64,000 nt of DNA from Trichoplax adhaerens (taxonomy: Eukaryota > Animalia > Placozoa): NCBI RefSeq assembly GCF_000150275.1, contig NW_002060944.1, positions 3,614 to 67,613 of the forward strand, in the 5' to 3' direction. Both the position numbers and the translations under genes were made by a program. The notes under the pieces were generated by a model that was not told the DNA's origin, ran no database searches, and saw only the letters and a list, made by a program, of their open reading frames with translations. Shown here piece after piece: positions 53,201 to 64,000 of this stretch (its first letter is position 1; every line of letters begins with the position of its first letter).

Positions 53201-54351
53201 GATCAACTAGGTAATTCATTAAGATTAAATTTTACCATCAACATCTCCTTTACGAGCCGCTCTTGCTTTAGCATCTTCTTCTGGTATCCCTTCAGTCCCA
53301 TATATTTCAACTTCTGGATTGGTTCGGTTGGGTAAAGCATTGGGTATTTCTTTAATTGTTTCACGATGAACTTGCATACAATGTATAGCAAGGCCAGGAC
53401 CGGTATATAGTTTTTTATGGCATACAGGGCATTTAAAATGTTTAGCTCGTTGATGCTGTATTAATATCTTTTCATCTTCAAAATCTCTACCACAGTACCT
53501 GGATGATATTATACATTCATGAATCAAGGAAGATACAAATCGACAATAGTCTAACGCAATCATCATTGATGTATGAAAGCATCATGGAATGTTTGTTACG
53601 TTATTTTTTGTGAATGATTTAGAACATATCAAGCACAGTATGATCATATGTGTGATTGTAACTTCAAAGTGCTATCGTTCTTTCATCAGGAAAAATCGAT
53701 CACAACGAGACATAAGAAATTTCTATCAAAACTAAAAAAGATTCCCGTTAAATAAATGCCTTAATCAAGCTTTAGGTAGTGTAGATCAAGTTTGGCTTGT
53801 TGACGACCGACAGTGGACAACATCGAAGAACGTTGTCACTACGTCCAGTACAGTACAGTACGAGCGCGCGGGAATAACCGAGGCAAAACTACAGTAGTTT
53901 GATTGATCTCAATCACTCCTGTCTATTGTAATTCTTGGATGTGCGCTCCAAATTGTAGTATTGATGTGCTTTCAATATGCTCTTTTTGCGGACTAGGCAA
54001 ACTATTGACGTCCTAGTAAAACTGCTCAAAGCCAAGTAGCCTAACAAAAAAGGTCCATTGCAATGGGTATTACTTGGTGTCGCCATTGCAAGCAAGTATT
54101 GTACAGTGACAGCAGTACTGCTCTGATCTTCAAGACAAGATGATTAATCAATCCTTTGAAGTTCAGCAATGGACGCTTAGTAAAAGAGCCATGCGGGCAA
54201 AGAAATAAATAAATTGAATTCATTGTGGTGTAACAAGAAACTGTACAGACTTTTAGACTAGCCTGAATGAATTAATATCATGTTATGCATGGCAATATTA
54301 GAAAGGATACCAACACCAAGGCTTGACAGACTTCTTTTTCTTCCTTCCCAT
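50287..54351 (-). CDS. ZNF207: BUB3-interacting GLEBS-motif zinc-finger protein (BuGZ); exons 54351-54311, 53498-53236, 52375-52250, 52144-52081, 51946-51717, 51598-51483, 50560-50503, 50393-50287
   Basis: [58 protein letters not shown]...EIYGTEGIP, Pro-rich middle with PLFPSA and GPVGADFKP, and GLEBS-like [17 protein letters not shown]. Confidence 0.95.
53499..54310 (-). other. U12-type (minor spliceosome) GT-AG intron, ZNF207 intron 1
   Basis: 5' site GTATCCTTTC, branch-like TTCCTTGAT at 53531-53523, CAG acceptor, no strong polypyrimidine tract. Confidence 0.88.
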
Positions 54352-54467
54352 CGTTGCGATACTTGCCTAAAAAAGCTCAAATAAACTGTACGATGATGCT
54401 GCCAAGCAAGTAGTTAAATACTCTTACTCTACGTGCTGAATGTGATCGTATTTCCTATACTGGGCCT

Positions 54468-54600
54468 ATGTGTACAGTACATACAGCATTGTACAGTGTA
54501 TATACTGTAAGAAATGTACTGTACACTGTAGACAGTACAGTACATGATACAGTCGGATACAGTACAATATACTGTATACCAGTGCACTGTACTGTAGTCT
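54468..54600. repeat. TACAG/CTGTA-rich low-complexity tract upstream of ZNF207
   Basis: Dense tacagtac / tactgta / tacactg units beginning ~120 bp 5' of the ZNF207 ATG. Confidence 0.7.
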
Positions 54601-55382
54601 GGGGTGCAGTTCAGTTCTCAGAGCGTAGTGTATCGAGTCATTCGAGTGTCGAGTATGCGACTATCGACTGTGATAAAAGAGTTCTTCAGCGCACGCCCAG
54701 TCGAGCACCAATGCATGGAAGACAGTGTACACCAGTCGTGTTTTGCATCAGGTGATTGGGCAAGTCCATAATGGCATTGGCCGTCGTGTTTACTGTTGGC
54801 CACACAACATTTGCAACATTTGCATTTTACGATCTGCTGGACGCTTTCCTCTGTCCAGCAGTTTTAGCATACCTGATGACAACCTCCGCATAACTCATGC
54901 AATAAGTTCATGCTTTACTGTAACCGCCATGCTGTAAGCATGCCAACATGGACATTAAAAGAATGGCAAGCTCTTTACGTTGCATTTTCCGTTAACATCA
55001 ATTTCAGTCTTATTCATGTGACAGCGTTAGTTTTATTCGCGATTCAACACATCAACGATTCTTTAGTACGTAGAAGAACATGTCTAGTATTTGTATATGA
55101 TTACACAGTTACATTACATGAAAACTAACATATCCACTTACTGTATAAGACGGTATATCGAGTTTGCTTAAAATTGTCAATCAACCATATAATGTTGTTT
55201 ACAAAACGGATTGAAGAAAAGATAAAAAGATAAGATTGAACTGACGTCATCTTGGCCTACAACTCAATTTCTCAATTCTAAATTAATTTTACGCTAACTG
55301 CTTGAAGCAAAAGGTAGCAAAAAGCAATAGCATACTACTGTTATACAGTCATCATAGCGTGCACAATTGATTCGTACAATAT

Positions 55383-56707
55383 TCAGTTGGCTTTTCCTTT
55401 GACAATGAGGGGTCCTACATTATCTTGCTCTTGTTCATTGTGATTATTATGACTTCCATCACAGTAAGGAAACTAGGATACGAGAACATAAATAGCAAAT
55501 GCATGAATAATTAACAATTTTGCAATGAATAACCTATACCGTTAAAAGTACATACTGTACAGTATATACAGATTACTGCAAATTAATTACCAGCTGTAAG
55601 TGAACTTTCTTAAAGCTTAGGGATAGCAAGAACAATGTTATTGTTGACACCTTGCCATCAAGGAATGTCATCAGAACTAATCACTCAAATAAATATCTAT
55701 AATATTGCATGCTTGATGTACTGTATTTATAATTAATCAATGGAAGTGATCTAACGGTTTGCCAATGCTGTTTGTATATTTGTGCTCCATAAACTGTCAT
55801 CGAAATGCACGTTCAATCGAACCTGTTGACAGCTGCAGTACAGTACTGTATCGTTTTGCTAATATTATAACATGGTCAGATCACTATTTACTGTACGATC
55901 AGAAACACTTTGATCAAGCAACGCAAGATTAAACGTCGAATGCCAAACCAATCCAATAGCATTTTGATCGTTGTCAAGACTAATCTAATCTATCTGTAGT
56001 GCCATCACGACTAGGCACATAGGAAGTACAGTACACTATGGTTCTGTAGGTGGATAGAAATGATGTAGTTGTCCATACTACGGCTACTGAGCATGAAGAG
56101 ATAAATATAAAAAAATTGTTTTACGGACTATTACCAACGAAAGAGTTGTGTTAGCAGAATCGAGCTAGCATTGATTCATTATAGTTCAGTTTCAACAAAC
56201 TGGTTCATAGTAAAGTCTGCAGCTATGATGGTCATGCCGAATGAGTCATTTTCCATGTTTCAATATCGGAAAAGCAAGAAATGAACCGATTTTGCATTGA
56301 ACGAATTGACATACTTGCTGGCAAGCTACACCCTTTGACAGAAGTAGCACATGACACGGCACTATCTATCTCACCTTTTTCGATCTCCAACATCTGCAAA
56401 ATACTAACTTCTCTCCGACATCCTCGATATCTACAGTATGGACCACTTTCTTGCAGGTTTTATCGATGCATTTGTTGACACAGTTCGTGTCTTTAGCCTT
56501 AGGTGAAGGAGGTAACTCAACAGCTTTGGGCTGAAAAAACTTATATGTACTATAACCAATCAGCCAGCTCACCACCGCAAAAGGGAAAACGACAGCGATA
56601 GCATCACTTGGACTTAGTTCTGCGAATCCACTTAAACTAGAAGGAACTGGAAGTTTTTGCAGATAGTTAGGCAGTTGAACTTTAATTAATTTGGCTATTG
56701 CTTCCAT
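55383..56707 (-). CDS. CISD2: CDGSH iron-sulfur domain NEET protein (CISD2/CISD1 family), 140 aa; exons 56707-56375 and 55472-55383
   Basis: MEAIAKLIKVQLPNYLQKLPVP N-terminus, one TM segment, FCRCWRSKK|FPYCDGSHNNHN...DNVGPLIV. Confidence 0.92.
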
Positions 56708-57369
56708 TTTTCTCAATTTCACTGTGCTCCGTTGAGAGAAAATAACCTCTACGCTTTCGTGTCTCCTTGCTGCCTTGGTTCAGCACTTGCGGACTAATTG
56801 CGCAGTTTCCACACTGTCAGTCGATATAATATAATTATAATTAATTAAAATAATAATAATTATTATACTGTATATGATCAGGGAACAATCACAACAATAT
56901 CGACGGACGGACGTCGGATGAAGTCATACTGTACTGTGCCGTACGGTGGTCGTGGTTTTAGTGGTATGACTGCAGTGTACAATTGTACTGAACCTCATGC
57001 CTCGTTACTGTACTGTACCGTACCGTACCATACCATACCGTACCATCAGTGTGACGTGAACTTTTGTGAAGCTGCGGTAGTTGACGAGTCCCAGACGATA
57101 CCGTACCGCTGTAAGTCTGTCCGTCAGCAAGCAAGGAACATTGCTGTCAGTCTGTATGTCTGCACTACAACACTACAATGTACTGTACACTGCACAGCAT
57201 CCATAGTGTATAGTATTACTGTGCAGATTTAGGTGACCCATTCCAATTCATATTGAATCTTCTCGTCTGCCTTCAAGTCAGGTTCGGTTGGCTTGGACGT
57301 CTTTGGTCGTTGCTGCTTGTCTTGCTTTTACCTTTGCATCGACTGATCTACTTGTGAAGGAACGCCAAA
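56708..57369. promoter_or_regulatory. Probable bidirectional promoter between CISD2 and PRPF31
   Basis: Head-to-head start codons 662 bp apart; contains an almost pure A/T tract (~56824-56866) and TACCG/TACTG/TACCA pentamer runs (~57007-57045). Confidence 0.6.
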
Positions 57370-60300
57370 ATGTCGCTAGCTGATGAATTACTAGCTGATT
57401 TCGAAGACGCTGAAACCGAAGATGTAAATGATATTGTCGATGAAGACCAGTTGGAGGCAGAAAATGAGCGAAACGGTGACGATGTCATGGAAGTAGCCGA
57501 TGGTGGAGGAGATGCAATAAACAACTCCGTTCGGGCAGTTGCCAAGCTACGCGATAGCAAGAATGTAGGAGACAGTACTATTAAGCTTCTTGCTTAATTA
57601 CTATCATCATTGACGTTAGCAGTTAGCGATGATATGAATTATGATGATCAAATGGATCAATGGATCTGTTGATTTGATATTTGCGACGTTAATGAGATTG
57701 AAAAATGGCTAACTTTGATCAACTTCTGCTATTAATCTATACTGAACAGACGTATTCATTTATTCATTCTTTACAGCTGAATGATATCGTTAAAGATATT
57801 GATTATTACATCGAAAATCCAAGAGCGGAACAAGGTACAACATTGCAGACTCTTACAATGCATCTCAACACTCTTATTTTATAGGTGCTAAACTATCAAG
57901 TTAATTGTAGCCAAAAAATTGAATGTAAAATACTATCACAGTCGATTCTCCACATTAGAAAGTTGCATTCATCTTTTTGTCTCTCTCTCCATATACGTTA
58001 ATGTACGTGTCGTATATGCTTCGCTACAAAAATAATCAGTATGCAAGCTAAGAAAACGTTCCAATATCATTCATGGAATAGATTAAATTTGAGTCATGAT
58101 AGAGTGTAATATTCCTGATAATACGTAGATCGTCACGTTGTCAGGAATTGAAACCAGTACCGATGTAACTACTATGCAATTGATTTCATCAATGAAACTT
58201 TACTTCTTTGTGTTATTGTAGTGCTTGGACCCGTGGAAGTAGACCCTGAATATTTATTAATCGTCAACGGCAATAATATGGCGGTAGAGATTGACAACGA
58301 AATTAGTAAGTGTTATGCAACTTATTGCGCACATGCCTACCTTATTGTGGACTGTAATTTACTAGTCTAACAGAAATGGCAGTTTTGATATAGTGCTATA
58401 TACCATCAGAGATCAGTTTTGATTTGTTGAAATTTTATAAAATGTAAATGTAATTGTGTTGATATTAGTAGAAAAATTTTTTGAATCATGTGCTATTTAA
58501 TGAATGAAGGTATTATACACAAGTATGTTCGTGATACCTACACTAAAAGATTCCCGGAACTAGAATCACTGATTGAATTTCCATTCGATTATATACGTAC
58601 TGTGCAAAGATTGGGCAATGAATTGAATGTCCCTCAGGTAGATCTGCTAGATGACTTAAATATATGCTATCTGCACAAGATGCTGTCTTATAATTTGAAA
58701 TCACAATTGTAATTGAAATAAAAGAGTATGAAGTGAATAGCATGTAATGTTCTATGCTAGCATGACCATTGGGTGTACAATGCAATACTTGTAGAGACTA
58801 ATGCCATTGACGACATGATTAATAGTAGCATGGCCAATAATTTTAACCGATTGAAAAAATAAATCTGAACCATAAGAGTATATAGCTATAGAATGGTTCC
58901 ATACCACCTCAATATACTTTTTCTCACCCCATTTTAGACTGATCTGAGTGACATTCTTATCCCAGCAAATGTCATGGTAGTCAGTGTTACAGCTTCGACA
59001 ACGCAAGGTACCAAGTTAGATGATGACGAACTGGAACGAGTTTTAGAAGCTTGTAAAGTTGCTATTGAATTAATGGATATAAAAATCAAAATTTTCCAAT
59101 ATGTTGAGTCTCGGATGTCTTTTATTGCTCCTAACCTTTCTGTTATTGCTGGAGCCTCTGTTGCTGCAAAGATAATGGGTAATTTGCACACTCGATAGCA
59201 GAAAATTTATACGATTCAACCGTTATTTTAAGTAAATCACCTAAAATTGTTATTGTGATTAGGTACGGCTGGTGGTCTAACTGCACTATCAAAGATGCCT
59301 GCTTGCAATATCATGGTATGCGGTATTGGATTATTGAAGCCCATATTGAATGCATTGATCTACTGAATCTTCTCTGCCTGCAATATTCGCCGATAAGATC
59401 AATATCAATGCCATAGCAAATGACAATTCGCTATTGGTATTTCCATCTGAATTATATGATGGATTTTGAGGCGAATTGATGAATAGTCACTGCACTATGC
59501 TTTATTATACTTGTATTAGTTAATGGATGATCAAGAAAGAGACAAAACTCGTTCACTCTACTGTATATTTCTTATTGATGACAGGTTTTAGGATCGGTCA
59601 AGAAATCATTGTCTGGCTTTTCAACCTCTTCTATCATGCCACATACTGGAAATCTCTATTACAGTGATATAGTGCAAAATTCTCCACCGGTAGGTAGACG
59701 GTAGACACAACTTTAATCGATGTTACCTATTTACTTCAATATTAACTGAAAAGTATGGAAGCAGACTACATTGCAGATTGTCATTACAGGATCTCAGAAA
59801 GAAAGCAGCTCGGTTGGTGGCTGCAAAGTGCGCTCTAGCAGCACGTGTAGATAGCTTTCATGAAGCAGTCGATGGTAGCATAGGACAAAGTATTTATATA
59901 TAACGAAGCCTTAAATTAGAATAGCAGTCCTGATACAATATTCTAAACGGTCGTTGATATACTATAGATTTACGAGATGATATTGAAAAGAAACTTGACA
60001 AATTGCAAGAACCGCCGCCATTGAAAAAAATTAAACCACTTATCGTTCCTGGTGAATATCGGAAAAAGAAACGAGGTGGTCGTCGCGTTCGAAAATTAAA
60101 GGAAAAAGCGGCTGTGACAGAACTAAGGAAACAAGCTAATCGAATGACGTTTGGTCAGGTTAGATTTTGAATAAAGTAGTGGGTAAAATTAAAACAAGAG
60201 TGGTCATGGCTGTGCTATGCTTATACGAAAAGACAATGCGTAATTGGAGGTTACAAATTATTTTCCTGATTAGATCGAAGAAGATGCCTATCAAGGAGAT

Positions 60301-60603
60301 TTGGGCTTTTCTCTTGGTCAGTTAGGGCAGTCTACAAGTGGAAAAGTGCGTGGAGCACCTGTAGATAAGAAAACCCAGGTATCTGTATCCAAAAAATTAC
60401 AAAAGACACTACAACAGGATAACCAAACGTATGGTGGCAGGTCGTCAGTTCGTGGTGCTACTTCAGGTACAGCTTCCAGTGTTGCTTTTACACCATTGCA
60501 AGGTCTAGAAATTGTTAATCCATTGGCTGCTGAAAAGAAGGCGCAAGAAGCCAATGCCAAGTACTTTTCAGCAAATACCGGATTCCGATTCGTTAAGAAG
60601 TAG
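57370..60603 (+). CDS. PRPF31: U4/U6 snRNP protein Prp31; exons 57370-57564, 57777-57834, 58222-58305, 58510-58638, 58938-59178, 59263-59315, 59585-59689, 59790-59889, 59968-60158, 60274-60603
   Basis: MSLADELLADFED, GPVEVDPEYLLIV, KRFPELESLI, MVVSVTASTTQG, YVESRMSFIAPNLS, LSKMPACNI, KKRGGRRVRK, ELRKQANRMTFG, SGTASSVAFTPLQGLEIVNP. Confidence 0.97.
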
Positions 60604-62805
60604 ATAAGGATTACTGACTAGATATATATTCTATTTCAAAACTCACGTACTGGTCAGTCCGCGATGACATTGTTTTGCATAGTTAGAGTTTATGTGCTGA
60701 TAGCAACTTCTGTTAATCTACTTGATATTATAAATATATATAGCATATATATCTGTTAAATTTGAAATGTTATCATCCTTTTCTTGTATTCGACTTTTGT
60801 CTTGTCATTATCTTCATGAAATATGGCATGGCTAAACTGTACAGTAACTACGATGATTCCAGCACTGGCTCTATTTTTACCGTGCCGTACTGAATAAATT
60901 GGTCACGTTTTATTTTGTCTGTTGTTATCCATGTATACGCGTATACCTTTGTAGATACTAGAGTCTATTACATAACCATGATTGTATGTCTACGACTTCG
61001 AATATATTTTCAGATACTTTTTGCTTTCTAAACTAATCTTACTAGTGCTTTGAAAGTATTAAGGCAATGACTTTAATACTGTTTCAATTCGATTTAAGAA
61101 TGGAAAGAGCTCCAAGTGAAGAATTTACTAACAATAACTGGTGAATTCGGTTTATATTTAGCAAGGACATGCATCCTAGTCAGTATGCTTCAACGTTATG
61201 CTGTATTAGTATGGAATATGTACGTACATCATAACTTATTCTCCTCCTTTTTTAAGTCTTTAAAATGCAGCAATAAATATTTGAGCTGCTACTTTTGCAT
61301 CTAGCTGACATCGACAACTTGATCGAGTTTCTAGTGACTACTTGCAGCATTATTGTATTTTTGAACAAGCTTGTGTAGAGTAGTTTATCCGTCAGAAAAT
61401 CATATCTATAAACAAATTTCATTACCAAGGATTTACGGTACTATTTCATTTCAGTACAGCATATTGAAATACGGTAGCGCAAGCTATACTGTATGTCATA
61501 TCATTTTTGTACACTGGAGTAGAATGTCCCGCTTCGCAGGTAGCACCTTGTGGAAATGTAGTGTTCTTGTAGCCATTGAATTATATGTATGCTACTGCAC
61601 TCTACTCTATTCAACATAACGGCACATGTACAGTCACAGTAACCTTACATATCATCATGCAACTTGATTTTATTCAGTTGCTGAAACAGAACAGTCATGA
61701 TTTTTAGGTAAACCTGTCACTCATATGCTCGCATTATTCTGAGGATAACACCAATCGAAATGATAATTACTCATATACGCATATACGAACAGTATACGCC
61801 TATCGAATAGCTAGCTACCTTCTATGTTTAATTTAATAAATAAATTCAATTATACAGTATACAGTACATTAATGTTATATAAGTTTTACCGTAAAAATCT
61901 ACAGATTACCTACTGTACTGTGCAATGTGTTACGTTCTATACAGTGCCTGTGCAACGCGATCGACAGTATAGTAAAAATACATGTAGATACCGTACTGTG
62001 CTATGTTTGAAGCCGGCAACAAGAAGAATGATACTCAAAACATTTAGCCGTGAAAGCGAAAGCAATAGTTTATTAGCTGTAAGTCATTTGAAATCGGAAC
62101 AGCAATGTATAACATAAGATATAATAAAGCTACAATCGGTTACTTTAACACACCAGTATAGGGTTACTTGCTGTAAATAAGTAGCAACAAGTCCGACATC
62201 AACAAATTTGGTTAAATTTATTTTACTTTTCAGTTAATAACGGAAGATTAGATTAATAACAATTGTGGCAAGACCGAGTCGTCCTGTACATAAATTTACA
62301 TATGGCTATCATTACGCTATACGAGTATGAGTTTATGATAAAATTTTAAAAACGAGCAAGATAGATAGTACTTTTTGTGCTGGATAAGTCGACAGTAGCA
62401 CAGCTCTGTACTGTACTTATACCTAAACCTAGTAGATCACATTCTATGTGCCTATAACAATTGTTTTTATGGTAAAGCAGTAATCCGTCTTCTCAATATT
62501 GAAGATCATGGAACTGTAATGAAGTATTGAGAAAATTGTTGCAGATATATCTGCATAGAGTAATCTAGTTCAATTTTAATTTATTGCATTTCAACTCAAG
62601 TTAAATAATTAATTAATAGTACAATTCTACAAAGGTGAAATTTATTATAATTTCTCGATTGTATGATAAAGTAAAGTTTTAATTATAGACTGTACAGTAC
62701 AGAAAGTACAAGAAAAAGGCAGTTAAGTCTAGCTAAAGACAGACAACCGGTCGTGATTATTTATTAATTACTAATAACAGACGGGACGGCGTTTACTATA
62801 TAGCG

Positions 62806-63905
62806 TTAGCGGTCCATAGTGGAGGCATTCTTTTCGCGATTTTGTTTAATTTCACGAAGGAGGGACGCAAGGAAATGGATTTCGTTTTTCGTGGCTTCGA
62901 TCTTTTGTTGAAGCTTCATGTTTTCTGTTTCTAATTCCTTCTCAATAGTAGATAGGCTAGATACTTCTTCTTTCTTCTTTAGTCTGTATTTCAAAGCGGC
63001 ATTGTTGTTTTGCTGTCGTTTACGCTGTTGTTTGGCTGATGCCGGTAAATTATTCAGTCGTTTGCGTCTCGCATTTTTTTTGATTTTTGCTTGGACTTTT
63101 GATATTTTCAATGTAGATGATTCTGGTTTTATTTCAGCACCTTCGTTGCGCGCATCAACAGGATATGGCGAAGAATCGAACGATGGATGCATAGGGCTGC
63201 AAGCAGTCGATGCAAAAGGGCTTGAAGCATTGGATGTAAAAGGGCTTGAAGCATTGGATGTAAAAGGACTTGAAGCATTGGATGTCAAAGGACTTGACTC
63301 TGTCGATTCAAAAGGGCTGGAAACAGATGATGAAAATTCAGAGGTGAATTCACCGTCTGTGGCATTTAAAAGATCTTGTTCAACATTGGCGTAAGTATTG
63401 TCGATGACATCGTAAGTAGCAATTAAATCTGGGATAGTATCATCGATCCATGAAGAAGAAGTAGTGTTGGTTGTTGTGTTGGTATCATTATAAGCTAAAT
63501 AAAAGGGTAGAAACAAAATGGGAGCATTAGACCTTCAATCATGACTTTTCTATTCCTCAAGAAGTTTTTATTCAATCGTGAATCATTTTTTAATTTAACA
63601 ACATTTTCAGTACGCTTATCTGTTGTTTTTTTATTCATTTTACCTTCTTGATCGAAAACGTGTTGCGATGCCGATAAGCCAAAGAGTTTATTAAGTTGAG
63701 TTTCACCTAGAGCATTGATATCAAAACGTCCATCATTTTCGCCTCCCTTTTCAGCTAAGGAAGCAATGACCGGTTGGTTAAAAGTGTTTGACCAAGCGTT
63801 TTCGTTGCTAAAATCGTCTAGCAAATCGTTATCAAAAGGGAAATCAAGAAGGTCAGCCCCGGATGAGACTATAGAAGGGTCCATATTCAGGTCGTATGAT
63901 GCCAT
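62806..63905 (-). CDS. ATF4: ATF4/ATF5-like bZIP transcription factor, 316 aa; exons 63905-63644 and 63494-62806
   Basis: Acidic N-terminus and C-terminal RKRQQNNNAALKYRLKKKEE...KELETENMKLQQKIEATKNEIHFLASLLREI matching the ATF4/5 bZIP pattern; phase-1 intron joins the two ORFs. Confidence 0.8.
63190..63322 (-). repeat. Coding 24-nt tandem repeat (SSPFTSNA)n in the ATF4-like gene
   Basis: aaaggg/acttgaagcattggatgt three times plus degenerate flanking units. Confidence 0.9.
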
Positions 63906-64000
63906 GATATAATAAGTGTGGGTAATTTGAAGTCGCAGGAGAAGTTGAATGGTAAAAGTGAGCAAAACTAAATAAGAAAGACAAACGAAAAAAAAAATTA

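Noticed and set aside
54468-55128. Short ORFs in the ZNF207-CISD2 spacer, and 56918-57232
   Set aside because: They arise from low-complexity TACAG-rich sequence and have no recognisable protein features.
57641-57745. Box C/D snoRNA candidate in PRPF31 intron 1 (ATGATGA..CTGA)
   Set aside because: No terminal stem, no convincing rRNA guide, and such boxes are common in AT-rich DNA.
62918-63394. 158-aa plus-strand ORF
   Set aside because: Antisense shadow of the repetitive ATF4-like exon.

Overview
AT-rich, intron-dense eukaryotic DNA from a compact-genome animal. The gene content and style suggest a placozoan such as Trichoplax, but this is inference only. The left 38 kb holds two tandem, same-strand LRR-containing rhodopsin-class GPCR genes (LGR/GRL101/RXFP-like hinge and 7TM). 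The first is cut by the window edge. The second can be read by eye from signal peptide (9321) to stop (37890): signal exon, LRRNT exon, about 55 one-repeat-per-exon LRR cassettes (all phase 2-2, all multiples of 3) and one hinge/7TM/tail exon, about 1938 aa in total. It also carries decayed LRR pseudo-exons and intronic repeats, including an inverted pair. The spacer upstream of receptor 2 is duplicated downstream of it; one copy has a degenerate LINE-type RT insertion and the other a 228-bp tandem amplification. The right 18 kb is a compact housekeeping block: an ankyrin-repeat gene (-), ZNF207/BuGZ (-, first intron U12-type), CISD2-like (-), PRPF31 (+) and an ATF4/5-like bZIP (-). All exon models and similarities were read manually without alignment tools.
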